A stretch of DNA of 64,000 nt from a bacterium (GTDB taxonomy: Bacteria > Hinthialibacterota > Hinthialibacteria > Hinthialibacterales > Hinthialibacteraceae), in NCBI GenBank assembly GCA_041946805.1, contig JBHGBC010000003.1:63149-127148 (forward strand). The letters are read 5' to 3'. Of this stretch, positions 10,218 to 20,170 are shown in pieces; the stretch's first letter is position 1; every line of letters starts with the position of its first letter. The notes beneath the pieces were generated by a model, which ran no database searches, had not been told where the DNA came from, and worked only from the letters and a program-made list of their open reading frames with translations. The position numbers and the translations under genes were made by a program.

Positions 10218-10398
10218 ATGTCATCCCCGCGAAAGCGGGGATCCAGCGCCGTTTTGATGTGGGGCTTGTATCCCGCACGTATTCCGCAGGGGCACGTGGC
10301 AACGTGCCCCTACATGTTATCGGGCGGACACCTAGGTCCGCCCCTACGAACTTCCGCGTCCAGCCCCCGATTGGTTTAAAAATCCCGAGGGATGACAT
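10218..10398. repeat. Mosaic intergenic REP-like cluster
   Basis: Bounded by inverted ATGTCATCCC / GGGATGACAT. Contains GTCATCCCCGCGAAAGCGGGGATCCAG and two palindromes ending CCCCTAC. Confidence 0.65.
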
Positions 10399-11667
10399 TC
10401 ACTTCCCTACCGGAGCCGCCGATTCCGGCGGGGTAAACTCATCCGCGCCCAGATCGGGACGGGGGCCGCGCGGCTGGCCGTCGAGGTCGTCCGTCACTTC
10501 GGGCAGAGGACGGCCTGCATCGATGGCCGTGGACGCAGCGTTTTTGAAATGCAAGTCACCGCGCGCGGGATCCATGAAATCACCAGTGAAATCGCCCTGG
10601 AGATTGCCGGCAGCCTCGATGACGCTGTCCGATTCCACCCGCATGGGCGGCCCGCTGAGCAGGTTGTTGAGGACGCGCAGGCCCGGATTGTCGTGGACCA
10701 CGCGGATCAACCGCTGCAGGCGGCTGTCCGGATCGTGGATGGTGTTGTGCAGGATTAGGCAGTCCCGGGTATAATCGGCGAGGATGCCGCTTTCGGGCGT
10801 GTTGGTGATGAAGTTGTTGCGCACGATCATGCGCGTGCCGTGGACCTGGCTCTCCCCTTCCCCGATGCCGCTGGAATTGCCGAGCGCGATGCCCACGTCG
10901 CAATTCACGATGATGTTGCCCTCGATCACGCAATCCTCCGCGTGGTGCCATAGGAAGACGCAGCCCCGGCCCTCGCGCGTGCGGCCTTGGATATTGAGGA
11001 ACACGTTGCCGCGGATGGTCCAGCCCTTGGCGTACATGGTGTCGATGCCGCCGATGTAATTGCCGTTGAAGGTGGCGGGCGTGTCGGCGGGATCGTCCTC
11101 GAAGCGCTTGGGGTGGTCATTGTAGAACAGGCAATACTGGACTATGCAATTCTTGGGGCGGATGATTTCACGATTGGTCTCGGGAATTTTGACCGACTTC
11201 ACGCCGCGCTGCCAGATGTTGTGGATCACGCAGTTGTGAACCGTCAGTTCCTGCACGTTTTTGTCGGAATTGATTTTGAAGCCGTTCCACTTGATGTTCT
11301 GGATGGTGAGATCGGCAATGGTCACGCCCGAACAGGCGGTAATGCCCACCAGTTCGCCGTGCAGGCTCCGCGCGCCGTCGAGGATCACGTCGTCCCGGCG
11401 GCCGGTTGCTCCACGGAGAGTGACATTGTCCGTGTGGATCTCGAAATAGCGGGTCATGAAATAATGGCCGGGGGCGATGAGGATGGTCCCGCCGGGCGGA
11501 ACGGAATCCGCCGCGCGGAACAGCTCGTCCACGCTGGCCACACGGAGGACTTCGCCCCGGGGCGGCGGCAGCGCGGGCGCCTGGGGAAACCAGGGCTGGT
11601 TGGGAATCTCGAAATTCTCAGCCAACACGGCGGAAGGAAGGAATAATAATAGAAGAAGCGAACGCAT
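10399..11667 (-). CDS. Secreted right-handed parallel beta-helix protein (pectin-lyase-like fold)
   Basis: Signal MRSLLLLLFLPSAVLA; repeated I.NN.I strands; C-terminal DLDGQPR..PDLGADE. Confidence 0.8.
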   Translation of the reverse strand: MRSLLLLLFLPSAVLAENFEIPNQPWFPQAPALPPPRGEVLRVASVDELFRAADSVPPGGTILIAPGHYFMTRYFEIHTDNVTLRGATGRRDDVILDGARSLHGELVGITACSGVTIADLTIQNIKWNGFKINSDKNVQELTVHNCVIHNIWQRGVKSVKIPETNREIIRPKNCIVQYCLFYNDHPKRFEDDPADTPATFNGNYIGGIDTMYAKGWTIRGNVFLNIQGRTREGRGCVFLWHHAEDCVIEGNIIVNCDVGIALGNSSGIGEGESQVHGTRMIVRNNFITNTPESGILADYTRDCLILHNTIHDPDSRLQRLIRVVHDNPGLRVLNNLLSGPPMRVESDSVIEAAGNLQGDFTGDFMDPARGDLHFKNAASTAIDAGRPLPEVTDDLDGQPRGPRPDLGADEFTPPESAAPVGK

Positions 11668-11811
11668 TCTAAATTCTCCCTCATCACTTTTATCCAAAAG
11701 TCCATCCTTACCGTAAAAGAAGCATTCCGTGTGGGCAAGGGTGCTTGTGGACGCTCTCGCGGACACAGCCGGGCGGTCTTCACCGAGTAGCGTAGCCCAC
11801 CACGTGAAACG

Positions 11812-11892
11812 GGGAGGGCAAGGCTCCCGCCGAGCCGCCTACTTACGCGACGCTAACGATTGTCCATGGCCCACCCGGAGGTTCGCCCTCCC
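11812..11892. repeat. REP-doublet (REPIN-like) hairpin element
   Basis: GGGAGGGCAAGGCTCCCGCCGAGCCG ... GGAGGTTCGCCCTCCC; inverted homologue at 61864-61946. Confidence 0.7.
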
Positions 11893-12011
11893 ATAAAGCG
11901 GTTCCTCACTCCCTCTTCTGCTCCCCTTTTCCCACGTGGGAGAGGGTTGGGGGTGAGAGAAATGGGTACGGACAGACCTTGTTTCTCGAATCCGTTCCCT
12001 TCTTTGGGATT

Positions 12012-13316
12012 TTACGAAGATTGGTTGATTTCCCGCAGGTCGAGGACCGTGTCACGCCCTTCGAGGCTCTTGGGCTCCACCAGTTTGATCACCGGCTTGA
12101 GATGCAAGCGCTCGAAGATGGTTTCCTCGATACGCTCCCGTAATGTCTCGAGGGGACCGAGGCTGTCGATGAAGATATCGGGGGTGATTTCCACCTCCAC
12201 TTCGAGGCGGTCGCGGGTTTCTTCCCGCTGGATGACCAACCGGTAGTGGGACGAAACATGTTCCATCTGCGAGAGCACCATGCCGATCTCGGAGGGAGTG
12301 AACTCGACGCCTTCGACCACCAGCATGTCGTCGGTGCGGTGAGTGACATTTTCCATGCGCGCGAGGGTGCGGCCGCACGGACACGGACCGGCGTTCAAGG
12401 CGGAACTCACGCCGGTGCGGAAACGGATCAGGGGGAAGGCCTCGCGCGTCAGGGTGGTAAGCACCAGTTCGCCGCGCTGGCCGGGAGGCAACACGCGGCC
12501 GGTTGGGGGATCGATGATCTCGGCCAGAAAATGGTCCTCGTTGATATGCAAGCCGTTCTTGGCCTCGCACTCGAAGGCGATGCCGGGCATGCAGATTTCA
12601 CTGACGCCGTAATTGCCGTAGACATCCACGAAGAGATTTTCCTCCACCTGTTTGCGGGTGCGGTTGGACCAGCTTTCGCCGACGAAGACGATGGCGCGCA
12701 AAAACAGCGACTTGGGATCCGCCTGATGTTCCCGCAGATAGCGGACGATATGCACGGCGCGGGTGGGTGTACAGATCAGCACGGTGGCGCGGTAGTTGCG
12801 CATGATGGTGATCTGGTCGGCGATGGGCATGTTGTACAACGGAGTGACGCACGCGCCCAGCTGCTCGGCCCCGTAATGGGCGACCACCGCGCCGGGGAAC
12901 AGGGTGTAGTCGAGATAGACCTGGACCATGTCGTTCTGGGTGATCTGGGCGGCGGCGAAACCCCGCGCCTTGACGTGGGTCCAGGCCAGGATGTCGTTCT
13001 TGGTGTGGCCGATGACGATGGGTTCGCCCCAGCGGACGGAGTGACTGGGATGCAGGCGCACCACTTCCCGCAGGGGGACGGCGAACATGCCGTAGGGGTG
13101 GTTTTCCGCGAGGGTCTGGCGGTCGATAAGAGGCAGTTGGGGCAAGTCATCGAGGGAGCGGAAATCGCTGGGGAGGATGTCCGACCGCTTGAACGTCTCC
13201 TGGTAGTACGTCACGTTGCGGACCACGCGGTTCAATACGGCCTGCAAGCGCTCCAACTGCAACTGGCGCAGATCGGAGCGGTTCATGCACTCGTACTTGG
13301 GTTCCAGAATGGGCAT
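12012..13316 (-). CDS. Phenylacetate-CoA ligase (PaaK)-like protein with degenerate catalytic motifs
   Basis: PaaK-like segments LQLERLQ, PYGMFAVP, YGVSE, GLHINEDHFLAEIIDP and GELVLTTL. The SSGTTG P-loop is absent. Confidence 0.8.
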   Translation of the reverse strand: MPILEPKYECMNRSDLRQLQLERLQAVLNRVVRNVTYYQETFKRSDILPSDFRSLDDLPQLPLIDRQTLAENHPYGMFAVPLREVVRLHPSHSVRWGEPIVIGHTKNDILAWTHVKARGFAAAQITQNDMVQVYLDYTLFPGAVVAHYGAEQLGACVTPLYNMPIADQITIMRNYRATVLICTPTRAVHIVRYLREHQADPKSLFLRAIVFVGESWSNRTRKQVEENLFVDVYGNYGVSEICMPGIAFECEAKNGLHINEDHFLAEIIDPPTGRVLPPGQRGELVLTTLTREAFPLIRFRTGVSSALNAGPCPCGRTLARMENVTHRTDDMLVVEGVEFTPSEIGMVLSQMEHVSSHYRLVIQREETRDRLEVEVEITPDIFIDSLGPLETLRERIEETIFERLHLKPVIKLVEPKSLEGRDTVLDLREINQSS

Positions 13317-13330
13317 GATGGGCTTTCCTC

Positions 13331-14065
13331 CTACTCCCAAATTTCCCGGTAGCCTTTGCCGAGGTAGGCGCGCTCGATCTCGCGGTTGCGCCGCAAATCC
13401 CGGCACTCGCCTTCCATGACGATTTGCCCGGTTTCGACCACGTAGCCCCGGTTGGCGGTCTCGAGGGCGAGGCGGGCGTTTTGCTCGACCAGCACGACCG
13501 TGAGGTTTTGCCGGCGCAGCCGCTCGATGGTCTGAAAAATCTCCTCGACGATCTTCGGGGCGAGGCCCATGGACGGCTCGTCGAGCAGCAGCAGTTTGGG
13601 ATTGGCCATCAGGGCGCGGGCGATGGCCAGCATCTGTTGCTGTCCCCCGCTGAGAGTGCCCGCCAGCTGATGGGCGCGGCCGCGGAGAATGGGAAACAAC
13701 TCCAGCACGCTTTCCATGCGCGCCTCGATCTCGGATTTCGTGGAACGGCCGGCGTAGTGATACGCCCCCAAGGCCAGGTTGTCGGTCACGCTCAGGGGCG
13801 CGAAGAGCTGGCGGCCCTCCGGCACCAGCGAGATGCCCAGGCGCACGATGCGGGCGGGCGGAAGGCGGGTAATCTCCACTCCCTGGAACAATAGTTGGCC
13901 CGCGCGGACGGGAACCAGGCCGGCAATCGTGTTCAGCAGGGTGCTTTTCCCCGCCCCGTTGCCGCCGATGAGGGTCACGATCTCGCCTTCCTGGACGTGG
14001 AGGGAAACTCCCTTGAGAATCTCCACCCGCCCGATGGCGCTAACCAGGTTCGTGATTCGCAGCAC
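13331..14065 (-). CDS. livF: Branched-chain amino acid-type ABC transporter ATPase
   Basis: GGNGAGKST, VPEGRQLF, LSGGQQQ and LLLDEPSMGL; GTG start after AGGAGAG. Confidence 0.9.
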   Translation of the reverse strand: MLRITNLVSAIGRVEILKGVSLHVQEGEIVTLIGGNGAGKSTLLNTIAGLVPVRAGQLLFQGVEITRLPPARIVRLGISLVPEGRQLFAPLSVTDNLALGAYHYAGRSTKSEIEARMESVLELFPILRGRAHQLAGTLSGGQQQMLAIARALMANPKLLLLDEPSMGLAPKIVEEIFQTIERLRRQNLTVVLVEQNARLALETANRGYVVETGQIVMEGECRDLRRNREIERAYLGKGYREIWE

Positions 14066-14834
14066 GCGGTTGGCTCTCCTTTCCCAGGTAAGCGGCGATG
14101 ACGTCCTCGTTTTTCTGCACGTCACGCGGCGTGCCTTCCGCGATCTTTTCCCCGAAATTCAGCACGCACACCTCATCGGAAATATCCATGACCAGGGACA
14201 TGTCGTGTTCGATGATCATGACCGTGACACCCGTGCCCTGGATTTTGCGGATCAACCCGCCCATTTCTTCCGTCTCGCGGATGTTGAGGCCGGCCGCCGG
14301 CTCATCGAGCAGCAGCAGATGGGGCTCGGCGGCCAACGCCCGGGCGATTTCGGTCTTGCGGTGAATCACGAAGGGCAGGTCTCCGGGCAATGAATTGAAA
14401 CCGTGATCGACACCGGTGAAGGCCAGCCACTCGCGGGCCTGCTCGCGGATCTGCTTCTCCTCCCGACGGGCGGCGGGTGTCTGGAAGGCGGTCCGGAGAA
14501 ATCCGCAGGACGATTTGGCGTGCCGTCCGGCCATCACGTTTTCGAGGATGGTCATGTTATGAAAAATCGCGGCGGTCTGGAACGTGCGGGAAACGCCCAA
14601 CGCAGAAATCACATGCGGTTTGCAGCCGTTCACCAGCCGGCCGGCGAAGTGAATGATCCCCTCGGAGACCGGGAGGATGCCACTGATCAGGTTGAATAGC
14701 GTGGTCTTCCCCGCGCCATTGGGGCCGATCACCGCCTGGATCCGGCCGGGCCAAACCGACAGGGAGACGCCGGATACCGCCGTCACGCCTCCGAAGCGGC
14801 GGGTGACATTCGTCAGGTCGAGAAGAGGCGCCAT
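14040..14834 (-). CDS. livG: Branched-chain amino acid-type ABC transporter ATPase
   Basis: GPNGAGKTT, LLDEPAAGL, IEHDM and VIAAYLG. Confidence 0.9.
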   Translation of the reverse strand: MAPLLDLTNVTRRFGGVTAVSGVSLSVWPGRIQAVIGPNGAGKTTLFNLISGILPVSEGIIHFAGRLVNGCKPHVISALGVSRTFQTAAIFHNMTILENVMAGRHAKSSCGFLRTAFQTPAARREEKQIREQAREWLAFTGVDHGFNSLPGDLPFVIHRKTEIARALAAEPHLLLLDEPAAGLNIRETEEMGGLIRKIQGTGVTVMIIEHDMSLVMDISDEVCVLNFGEKIAEGTPRDVQKNEDVIAAYLGKESQPRAANHEPG

Positions 14835-14839
14835 GCCGT

Positions 14840-15826
14840 TCACGCGCGGTCCGCTTTCCATCCCCTGCGGGCGGAACCGGCCGACAACCGGCGGATCCAC
14901 CCGCTGCCATTCACCACCCACCCAAACAAGCCCCGTGGCGCGAAAATCATGATCAGCATCAGGATCATCCCATAGACCAGGATATCCAAATCCTCGAAGA
15001 CGGTCAAAAACTCAGGGAGAATTGTCAATACAGCGGCTCCCAGCAAGGCGCCCCAAACGCTGGTCATCCCTCCCACGGCCACCATCACCACCAGGATGAC
15101 CGAAAACTTGATCTCGCAGATGGTCGGACTGACGAAAGTGACATAATGGGCGTAGAGGCCGCCGGCCAGCGCGGCGAGGACGGCGCTGAGCACGAAGACC
15201 TGCACTTTGTACGCGGCGGTGTTGATCCCCATGGCGTTGGCCGCTGTCTCGCCGCCATGGATCGAGCGCAACGCCCGGCCCACCCGCGAATGAATGAGAT
15301 TCAACGCACCAGCCAGCGCCACGATTACCAAAATCCAGACAAAATAATAGAAAATCAGGTCGTCTTTCAGGGGAAATCCGAGAATGGAAAGGCGGGGAAT
15401 CTGGCCGAAGCCGGAAGGCCCGCCGGTCAGCTCCACTTCCGCGTTGAAGGCGATGACGACGATTTCTCCAAAGGCCAGCGTGGCCATCGCCAGATAATGA
15501 CCGCGCAGACGCAGGGAGGGTATTCCGATCAGCATGGCGGCCAGGGCCGTCAAACCCAGGGCGGCGGCCAGCGAGAACCACGGATTCCAATGGAGCAGAG
15601 TGGAAAGGAGGCCGGAAATGTAGGCGCCCAGGCCGAAAAATCCCCCATGGCCCAGCGATATCTGGCCGGCGTACCCCATCAGCAGGCTCAGGCCGATGGC
15701 GATCAGTCCATGCAGCCCCACGAACACGAAGACATTGATCCAATAACTATGAATCCCGATCACCCATGGCCAAACCGCCATCAGGAGAATCAATACAACC
15801 AGCGCGGTGAGATTATGCCGTCCCAT
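14840..15826 (-). CDS. livM: Branched-chain amino acid-type ABC permease
   Basis: GYAGQISLGH, LRLRGHYLAMATLAF and SRVGRAL. Confidence 0.9.
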   Translation of the reverse strand: MGRHNLTALVVLILLMAVWPWVIGIHSYWINVFVFVGLHGLIAIGLSLLMGYAGQISLGHGGFFGLGAYISGLLSTLLHWNPWFSLAAALGLTALAAMLIGIPSLRLRGHYLAMATLAFGEIVVIAFNAEVELTGGPSGFGQIPRLSILGFPLKDDLIFYYFVWILVIVALAGALNLIHSRVGRALRSIHGGETAANAMGINTAAYKVQVFVLSAVLAALAGGLYAHYVTFVSPTICEIKFSVILVVMVAVGGMTSVWGALLGAAVLTILPEFLTVFEDLDILVYGMILMLIMIFAPRGLFGWVVNGSGWIRRLSAGSARRGWKADRA

Positions 15827-15855
15827 GAGATCCGCGTATGCCCAATCTTGATGGA

Positions 15856-16012
15856 TTGTAACTGTTTACTCAATTGCCGAGAAAAGAAAAATTCCGCCCT
15901 TTCCGGGCTTCCCTCACCCTAGCTCTCTCCCAGAGGGAGAAGGAATTAATACTTTTATCGTCTTTTCCCCAGGACGTTGCCCTGGGCTAACTTCTTCCGC
16001 GCCGTTGGCGCT
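15856..16012. repeat. Composite dispersed repeat (family B) between livH and livM
   Basis: Aligns with 45542-45632 (same strand, partial) and 57776-57935 (inverted). Confidence 0.7.
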
Positions 16013-16103
16013 TGCATCACAGTGCTGAATTTCAGTGAATCCTGTATTACGAAAACTCGACGGAACCTAGGAAAATCGCTCTTGTTATCGATATCCCCAT
16101 TTC

Positions 16104-17003
16104 TCAAAACGCCTTCAACTTCCCGGCCTCGCGGTCGCCCAGGATCCCGCTGGGCCGCACGAAGAGAATGACCAGCAGCACCAGCAGGGCGATGGCGTCC
16201 TTGTAGGCGGACGAGACCAGCCCCGCGCCCAGCGATTCCAAAATCCCCAGGATGAATCCGGCGGCCACCGCGCCCGAACTGTTCCCCAACCCACCCAGGA
16301 CAGCGGCGCTGAAGCCCTTGAGGGCCAGCATGAATCCCCGGTTGTAATCGACCAGGGCGATGGGGGTGATAATGATCCCGGCGATGGCGCCAATGCCCGC
16401 GCTCAACACGAAGGACAACAGCACCATCCCGCGCACCTCGATCCCCATGAGCATGGCGGCCACCCGGTTGGCCGAGCAGGCGCGCATGGCCTTGCCCGCC
16501 AGGGTGAAATGAAAAAACAGATGCAGCAAAGCCACGGTGACGGCCATGATTCCCATGATCCAGAGGGTTTGCGGAAGGATGGACGCGCCGAAGACCGAAA
16601 TCGGCTTCTCGCCGGAAAAATGGGGCAGCGTGTAGGCTTCCTTGCCCCAAATGAACATGGCGGCGCCCTTGAGCACGATGGAGCCGCCAATGGTGATGAT
16701 GATCAGGGTCAGGACGTTCGGTTCCTTGAGGGGATGAATGGCCAGCCGTTCAAACAGGCCGCCAAGCAACGCCACGATCAGGGTCGTGAGAACGAACGCC
16801 GGGAGCATCGGCAGTCCCAGGCCGGTGGTGAGCGACACCATGATCAGGCCGCCCAGCATGACAAATTCACCCTGGGCGAAGTTGATGATGCCCGTGGCGT
16901 TGTAAATGATGTTGTAGCCGATGGCGACCATGCCGTAAATGCAGCCAATACTCAGGCCGGTCACCAGGTACTGCAAGATTTGGCTTCCCAATCCAATGCC
17001 CAT
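16104..17003 (-). CDS. livH: Branched-chain amino acid-type ABC permease
   Basis: INFAQGEF, GKAMRA and LKGFSAAVLGGLG. Confidence 0.9.
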   Translation of the reverse strand: MGIGLGSQILQYLVTGLSIGCIYGMVAIGYNIIYNATGIINFAQGEFVMLGGLIMVSLTTGLGLPMLPAFVLTTLIVALLGGLFERLAIHPLKEPNVLTLIIITIGGSIVLKGAAMFIWGKEAYTLPHFSGEKPISVFGASILPQTLWIMGIMAVTVALLHLFFHFTLAGKAMRACSANRVAAMLMGIEVRGMVLLSFVLSAGIGAIAGIIITPIALVDYNRGFMLALKGFSAAVLGGLGNSSGAVAAGFILGILESLGAGLVSSAYKDAIALLVLLVILFVRPSGILGDREAGKLKAF

Positions 17004-17099
17004 AAACGGTTCACTCAGCCCTGAATCAAATCCCGGGCGGGAAGCCGGATTGGCTCCGTTCCCCGCCCGGAATCAGGAAGGCTCATTCCCCCGCCGGGA

Positions 17100-18323
17100 T
17101 TACGGCTGCCACGGGACAAATTTCCCACCTTTCACGGTGATCAACTCGAACGCGTCCTTGGTCAATCCGCAATGATCCTCGGGTGAAAAGTTGAAGGTAC
17201 CCGCGGTGCCCTGGAATCCCTTCGTGTTCTCGATGAAATCGCGGATCTTCGCCCGGTCGGGTCCCACTTCCTTGATTGCGTTGATGATCAGGTGCAGGGC
17301 GTCGTAGGCATGGCCGCCGAAGGTGCTGGCGCTTTCGCCGAATTCCGACTCGTAATCCTTTTTATATTGCATCAGCAAGGCCTTACGGGGATGGGTGTCC
17401 GGCAGAGATTCGGCCACCAGCAACGCCCCCGCGGGGAAAATGATGCCTTCCGCCGCTTCCCCGGCCGCCTGCGCGTACCGGAGATTCCCGAAGCCGTGAC
17501 TCTGGTAGAGGGGAATGGTCATCCCCAGTTGTTTCATATTCTTGGGGATGATGCTTTGCGCCGGCACGATCGACCAGTTGACCACCGCCTGGGCATCGGT
17601 TCCCCGGATGCGGGTGAGCTGGGCGGTCATATCGGTGTCGGCCGGATTGTAGGATTCATCGGCCACGATGGTGATCCCCATGTCGGGCGCCAGTTTCTTG
17701 AGTTGCGCGCGGCCCGATTGTCCGAAGCCCGTGGACTCGCCCATGACGGCGATTTTGGTGATCCCCGCGGTTTTCATGTGCTCAAAGATGCGGATCACGC
17801 AATCGCTGTCGCTCTGCGGGGTTTTGAAAACCCATTTGGACAGCGGCTGCACGATTTCAATGGCCGCGGCGCAGGACAGCAGGGGAACTTGATTCTCCTC
17901 CGCGATCGGTTTGACGGCCATGCTGGTGCCGCTGCGCGAGGGGCCGATGATGGCGCAAACGTTGTCGAACTTGATGAGCTTGTTGATCTTGGTCACTGTG
18001 ACTTTCTCATCGCCCTCGGTGTCTTCGACGATCACTTGCAGCGGGCGGCCATTGATCCCGCCGGCGTCGTTGATCTGCTGCTCGATCATCAGGGCCGTAT
18101 TCCGTTCCGGCTCGCCTAAATTGGAGGCGGGACCGGTGATCGCGAACAAGGCCCCCACCTTGATGGGTTCCTGGGCGGACAGGTCCGCTCCCGCGGGCCG
18201 CGGGGCTTCCGCTTCCGGCCGGGTGGATTCCGGCGCCGAGGGGGCTGGTTCCTGACTGGGTCCGCAGGCGTACCCCAGCAGGAGTAGCAGGCCAAGAATG
18301 AGTACTCCGTATTTTCGCATCAT
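17100..18323 (-). CDS. ABC transporter substrate-binding lipoprotein (LivK / PBP1 family)
   Basis: Lipobox GYAC; IKVG....TGPA..LG; IN..GGINGRPL. Confidence 0.9.
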   Translation of the reverse strand: MMRKYGVLILGLLLLLGYACGPSQEPAPSAPESTRPEAEAPRPAGADLSAQEPIKVGALFAITGPASNLGEPERNTALMIEQQINDAGGINGRPLQVIVEDTEGDEKVTVTKINKLIKFDNVCAIIGPSRSGTSMAVKPIAEENQVPLLSCAAAIEIVQPLSKWVFKTPQSDSDCVIRIFEHMKTAGITKIAVMGESTGFGQSGRAQLKKLAPDMGITIVADESYNPADTDMTAQLTRIRGTDAQAVVNWSIVPAQSIIPKNMKQLGMTIPLYQSHGFGNLRYAQAAGEAAEGIIFPAGALLVAESLPDTHPRKALLMQYKKDYESEFGESASTFGGHAYDALHLIINAIKEVGPDRAKIRDFIENTKGFQGTAGTFNFSPEDHCGLTKDAFELITVKGGKFVPWQP

Positions 18324-18415
18324 GATTTTGACCTCTTCATCAATGGATGGCGGGGGGAGACGCCGCGCGGGCGCTCCCCCCGGTTCTTGGATTCATCACG
18401 CGGGATGACGTTCCG

Positions 18416-19987
18416 CTAAAAGGTGTACATCACCTGGAAACGGGCGAACAACGCGCCATCCGCGTCATCGGCGTAATAGTTACCCGGTTCGAGCCATTCC
18501 ACCAGGATATGGCCGCTCATGTTCTTGGTGAATACATAATTGGTGAGCGACTGGATATTGTGGCCGCGTTCGTCTCCACCCCCGGGCCCGGTTTTTTCCT
18601 CCGCCAGGTAATACAGGTAGCGGAACGACTGGGTCAGTTTATCCGTGGGTTGGAAAGTGAACATGAGTTCCGGGAAATAGATGTTGGACCAAGCCCCGAC
18701 ATCCGGATCGTTTCCCTTGTTGGCGAACTTGAAGCCGTCGTACAGGGAATAAATGTACAATTCGCTGTACTTGGGCCATTGCCCGTAGAAATCATCCCAG
18801 CCTTCATAATCATCGCTGGTGGGATCGTCACCGGACAGATAATAGAATCCCGCTTTCAAACTGGGTTTCCAAGGCGTCTTGTCCCACGTCAACGTGGCAT
18901 GGAGGTAGCCGCCCCAGGCGTCTCGGTCCACTTCGCCGGCTCCCCCGTAACTGAATCCCTTGGCGGGATCCGCGATATAATTGGGCACGCCGGTGAAGTC
19001 CACTTCACCGAATTCCTTGCCGAATTCCGTGGCCAGCGCGAGGGTCATGCCATCGGCGACGGCGAAACTCTTGGTGCCGCGCATGCCGATCAAGTAGGTC
19101 TGTTCCTTGGGCGATGGATCATACGCGCTGTAAGGATACGATACTGTGCCCGGCGCACCGGAAACATCCGGCGCGTCATTCTTGTTGCGGACCAGGAAGT
19201 ACGGCTCGAGGCCCACGCCGGTATCGCCGATGGTGAACTTGTTGTAAATCCCATACAGATCTTCATCATCCGACGACTGAAAGCCGTTTTCCTGCAACTT
19301 GGAGTAGATCAAATCCGTGGTACCCCAATCATACTTGTACGACAACTTGGCGGCGTCGAAAGATATGGTTTGCGAACCATCGTAGGGGGTGCCGTCGAGG
19401 ATTACGAATCCTTCGCCGTATATCAAATCCTGGCGGCCGGCGCGCAGCGTGAGGCCGGTGCCCAGAATGTCCCGCACTTCCGCCCAGGCGTTGTCAAACA
19501 TGGCGTCCTTGGCTTCCACATCATACCCGAAATGCTCGTTGTCCTGGCCGTAGAACCATTCCTTGGTGAAGCGGACATAGGCTTCCATGGTGTCCGTGGG
19601 ATTCCAGTCCAAGAAGACGCGGGGACGGAAGCGGTAGACTTCACGCCGGTCATTCGTACCGTCCTCGAAATCCCAAAGATTATCGAAATACAAACCGCGC
19701 AAGCGGATATCGCCGCCCACTTGCAAGGTTCCGCCCGGACCGATCAGCTTGGTGACCGGCTTCTCCGGCGCCGCGGGGGGAGCGGCGGGCACGGCGGGAG
19801 GAGCGGCTTCCCGCGCCGCCTTCTCCGCCTCCAGGATTTGTTTCATGTCCTGCAATTGCTTTTCCAGATCCTGGACCTTCTTCTCCAATTCACTGACCCG
19901 GTCCTGGCTCCACCCGGATGCGGGAACCAGAAGCAGGATACAGACCGCTAAGACCAGTGGACTCAAGGCTGATTTCCACATGCACAT
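18416..19987 (-). CDS. Outer-membrane beta-barrel protein (alginate-export/AlgE-like porin) with N-terminal coiled coil
   Basis: Signal peptide; GRQDLIYGEGF; SGDD motif; alternating beta-strands; terminal VMYTF. Confidence 0.75.
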   Translation of the reverse strand: MCMWKSALSPLVLAVCILLLVPASGWSQDRVSELEKKVQDLEKQLQDMKQILEAEKAAREAAPPAVPAAPPAAPEKPVTKLIGPGGTLQVGGDIRLRGLYFDNLWDFEDGTNDRREVYRFRPRVFLDWNPTDTMEAYVRFTKEWFYGQDNEHFGYDVEAKDAMFDNAWAEVRDILGTGLTLRAGRQDLIYGEGFVILDGTPYDGSQTISFDAAKLSYKYDWGTTDLIYSKLQENGFQSSDDEDLYGIYNKFTIGDTGVGLEPYFLVRNKNDAPDVSGAPGTVSYPYSAYDPSPKEQTYLIGMRGTKSFAVADGMTLALATEFGKEFGEVDFTGVPNYIADPAKGFSYGGAGEVDRDAWGGYLHATLTWDKTPWKPSLKAGFYYLSGDDPTSDDYEGWDDFYGQWPKYSELYIYSLYDGFKFANKGNDPDVGAWSNIYFPELMFTFQPTDKLTQSFRYLYYLAEEKTGPGGGDERGHNIQSLTNYVFTKNMSGHILVEWLEPGNYYADDADGALFARFQVMYTF

Positions 19988-20170
19988 TCCCTCCCTTGCT
20001 TTGTAAGGATGAAAAGGCCAATCCCAACTGGTGTTGTCGCATGACTTCCCTGGACCCGTCAGGACGCATGGCGTAACAGGCCGGCCGAACGGCCGAGATA
20101 TCGGATCGTGGTAGGCGGTTTTCCTCCTTCTCCGGGTCGAAACGCGGGATCGCCCGGTTTTGCCATCCGG

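Noticed and set aside
18347..19951. Long antisense ORFs (also 26902-28257, 38305-39657, 54319-56106 and others)
   Set aside because: They are shadows of well-supported genes on the opposite strand in GC-rich DNA and carry no recognisable motifs.
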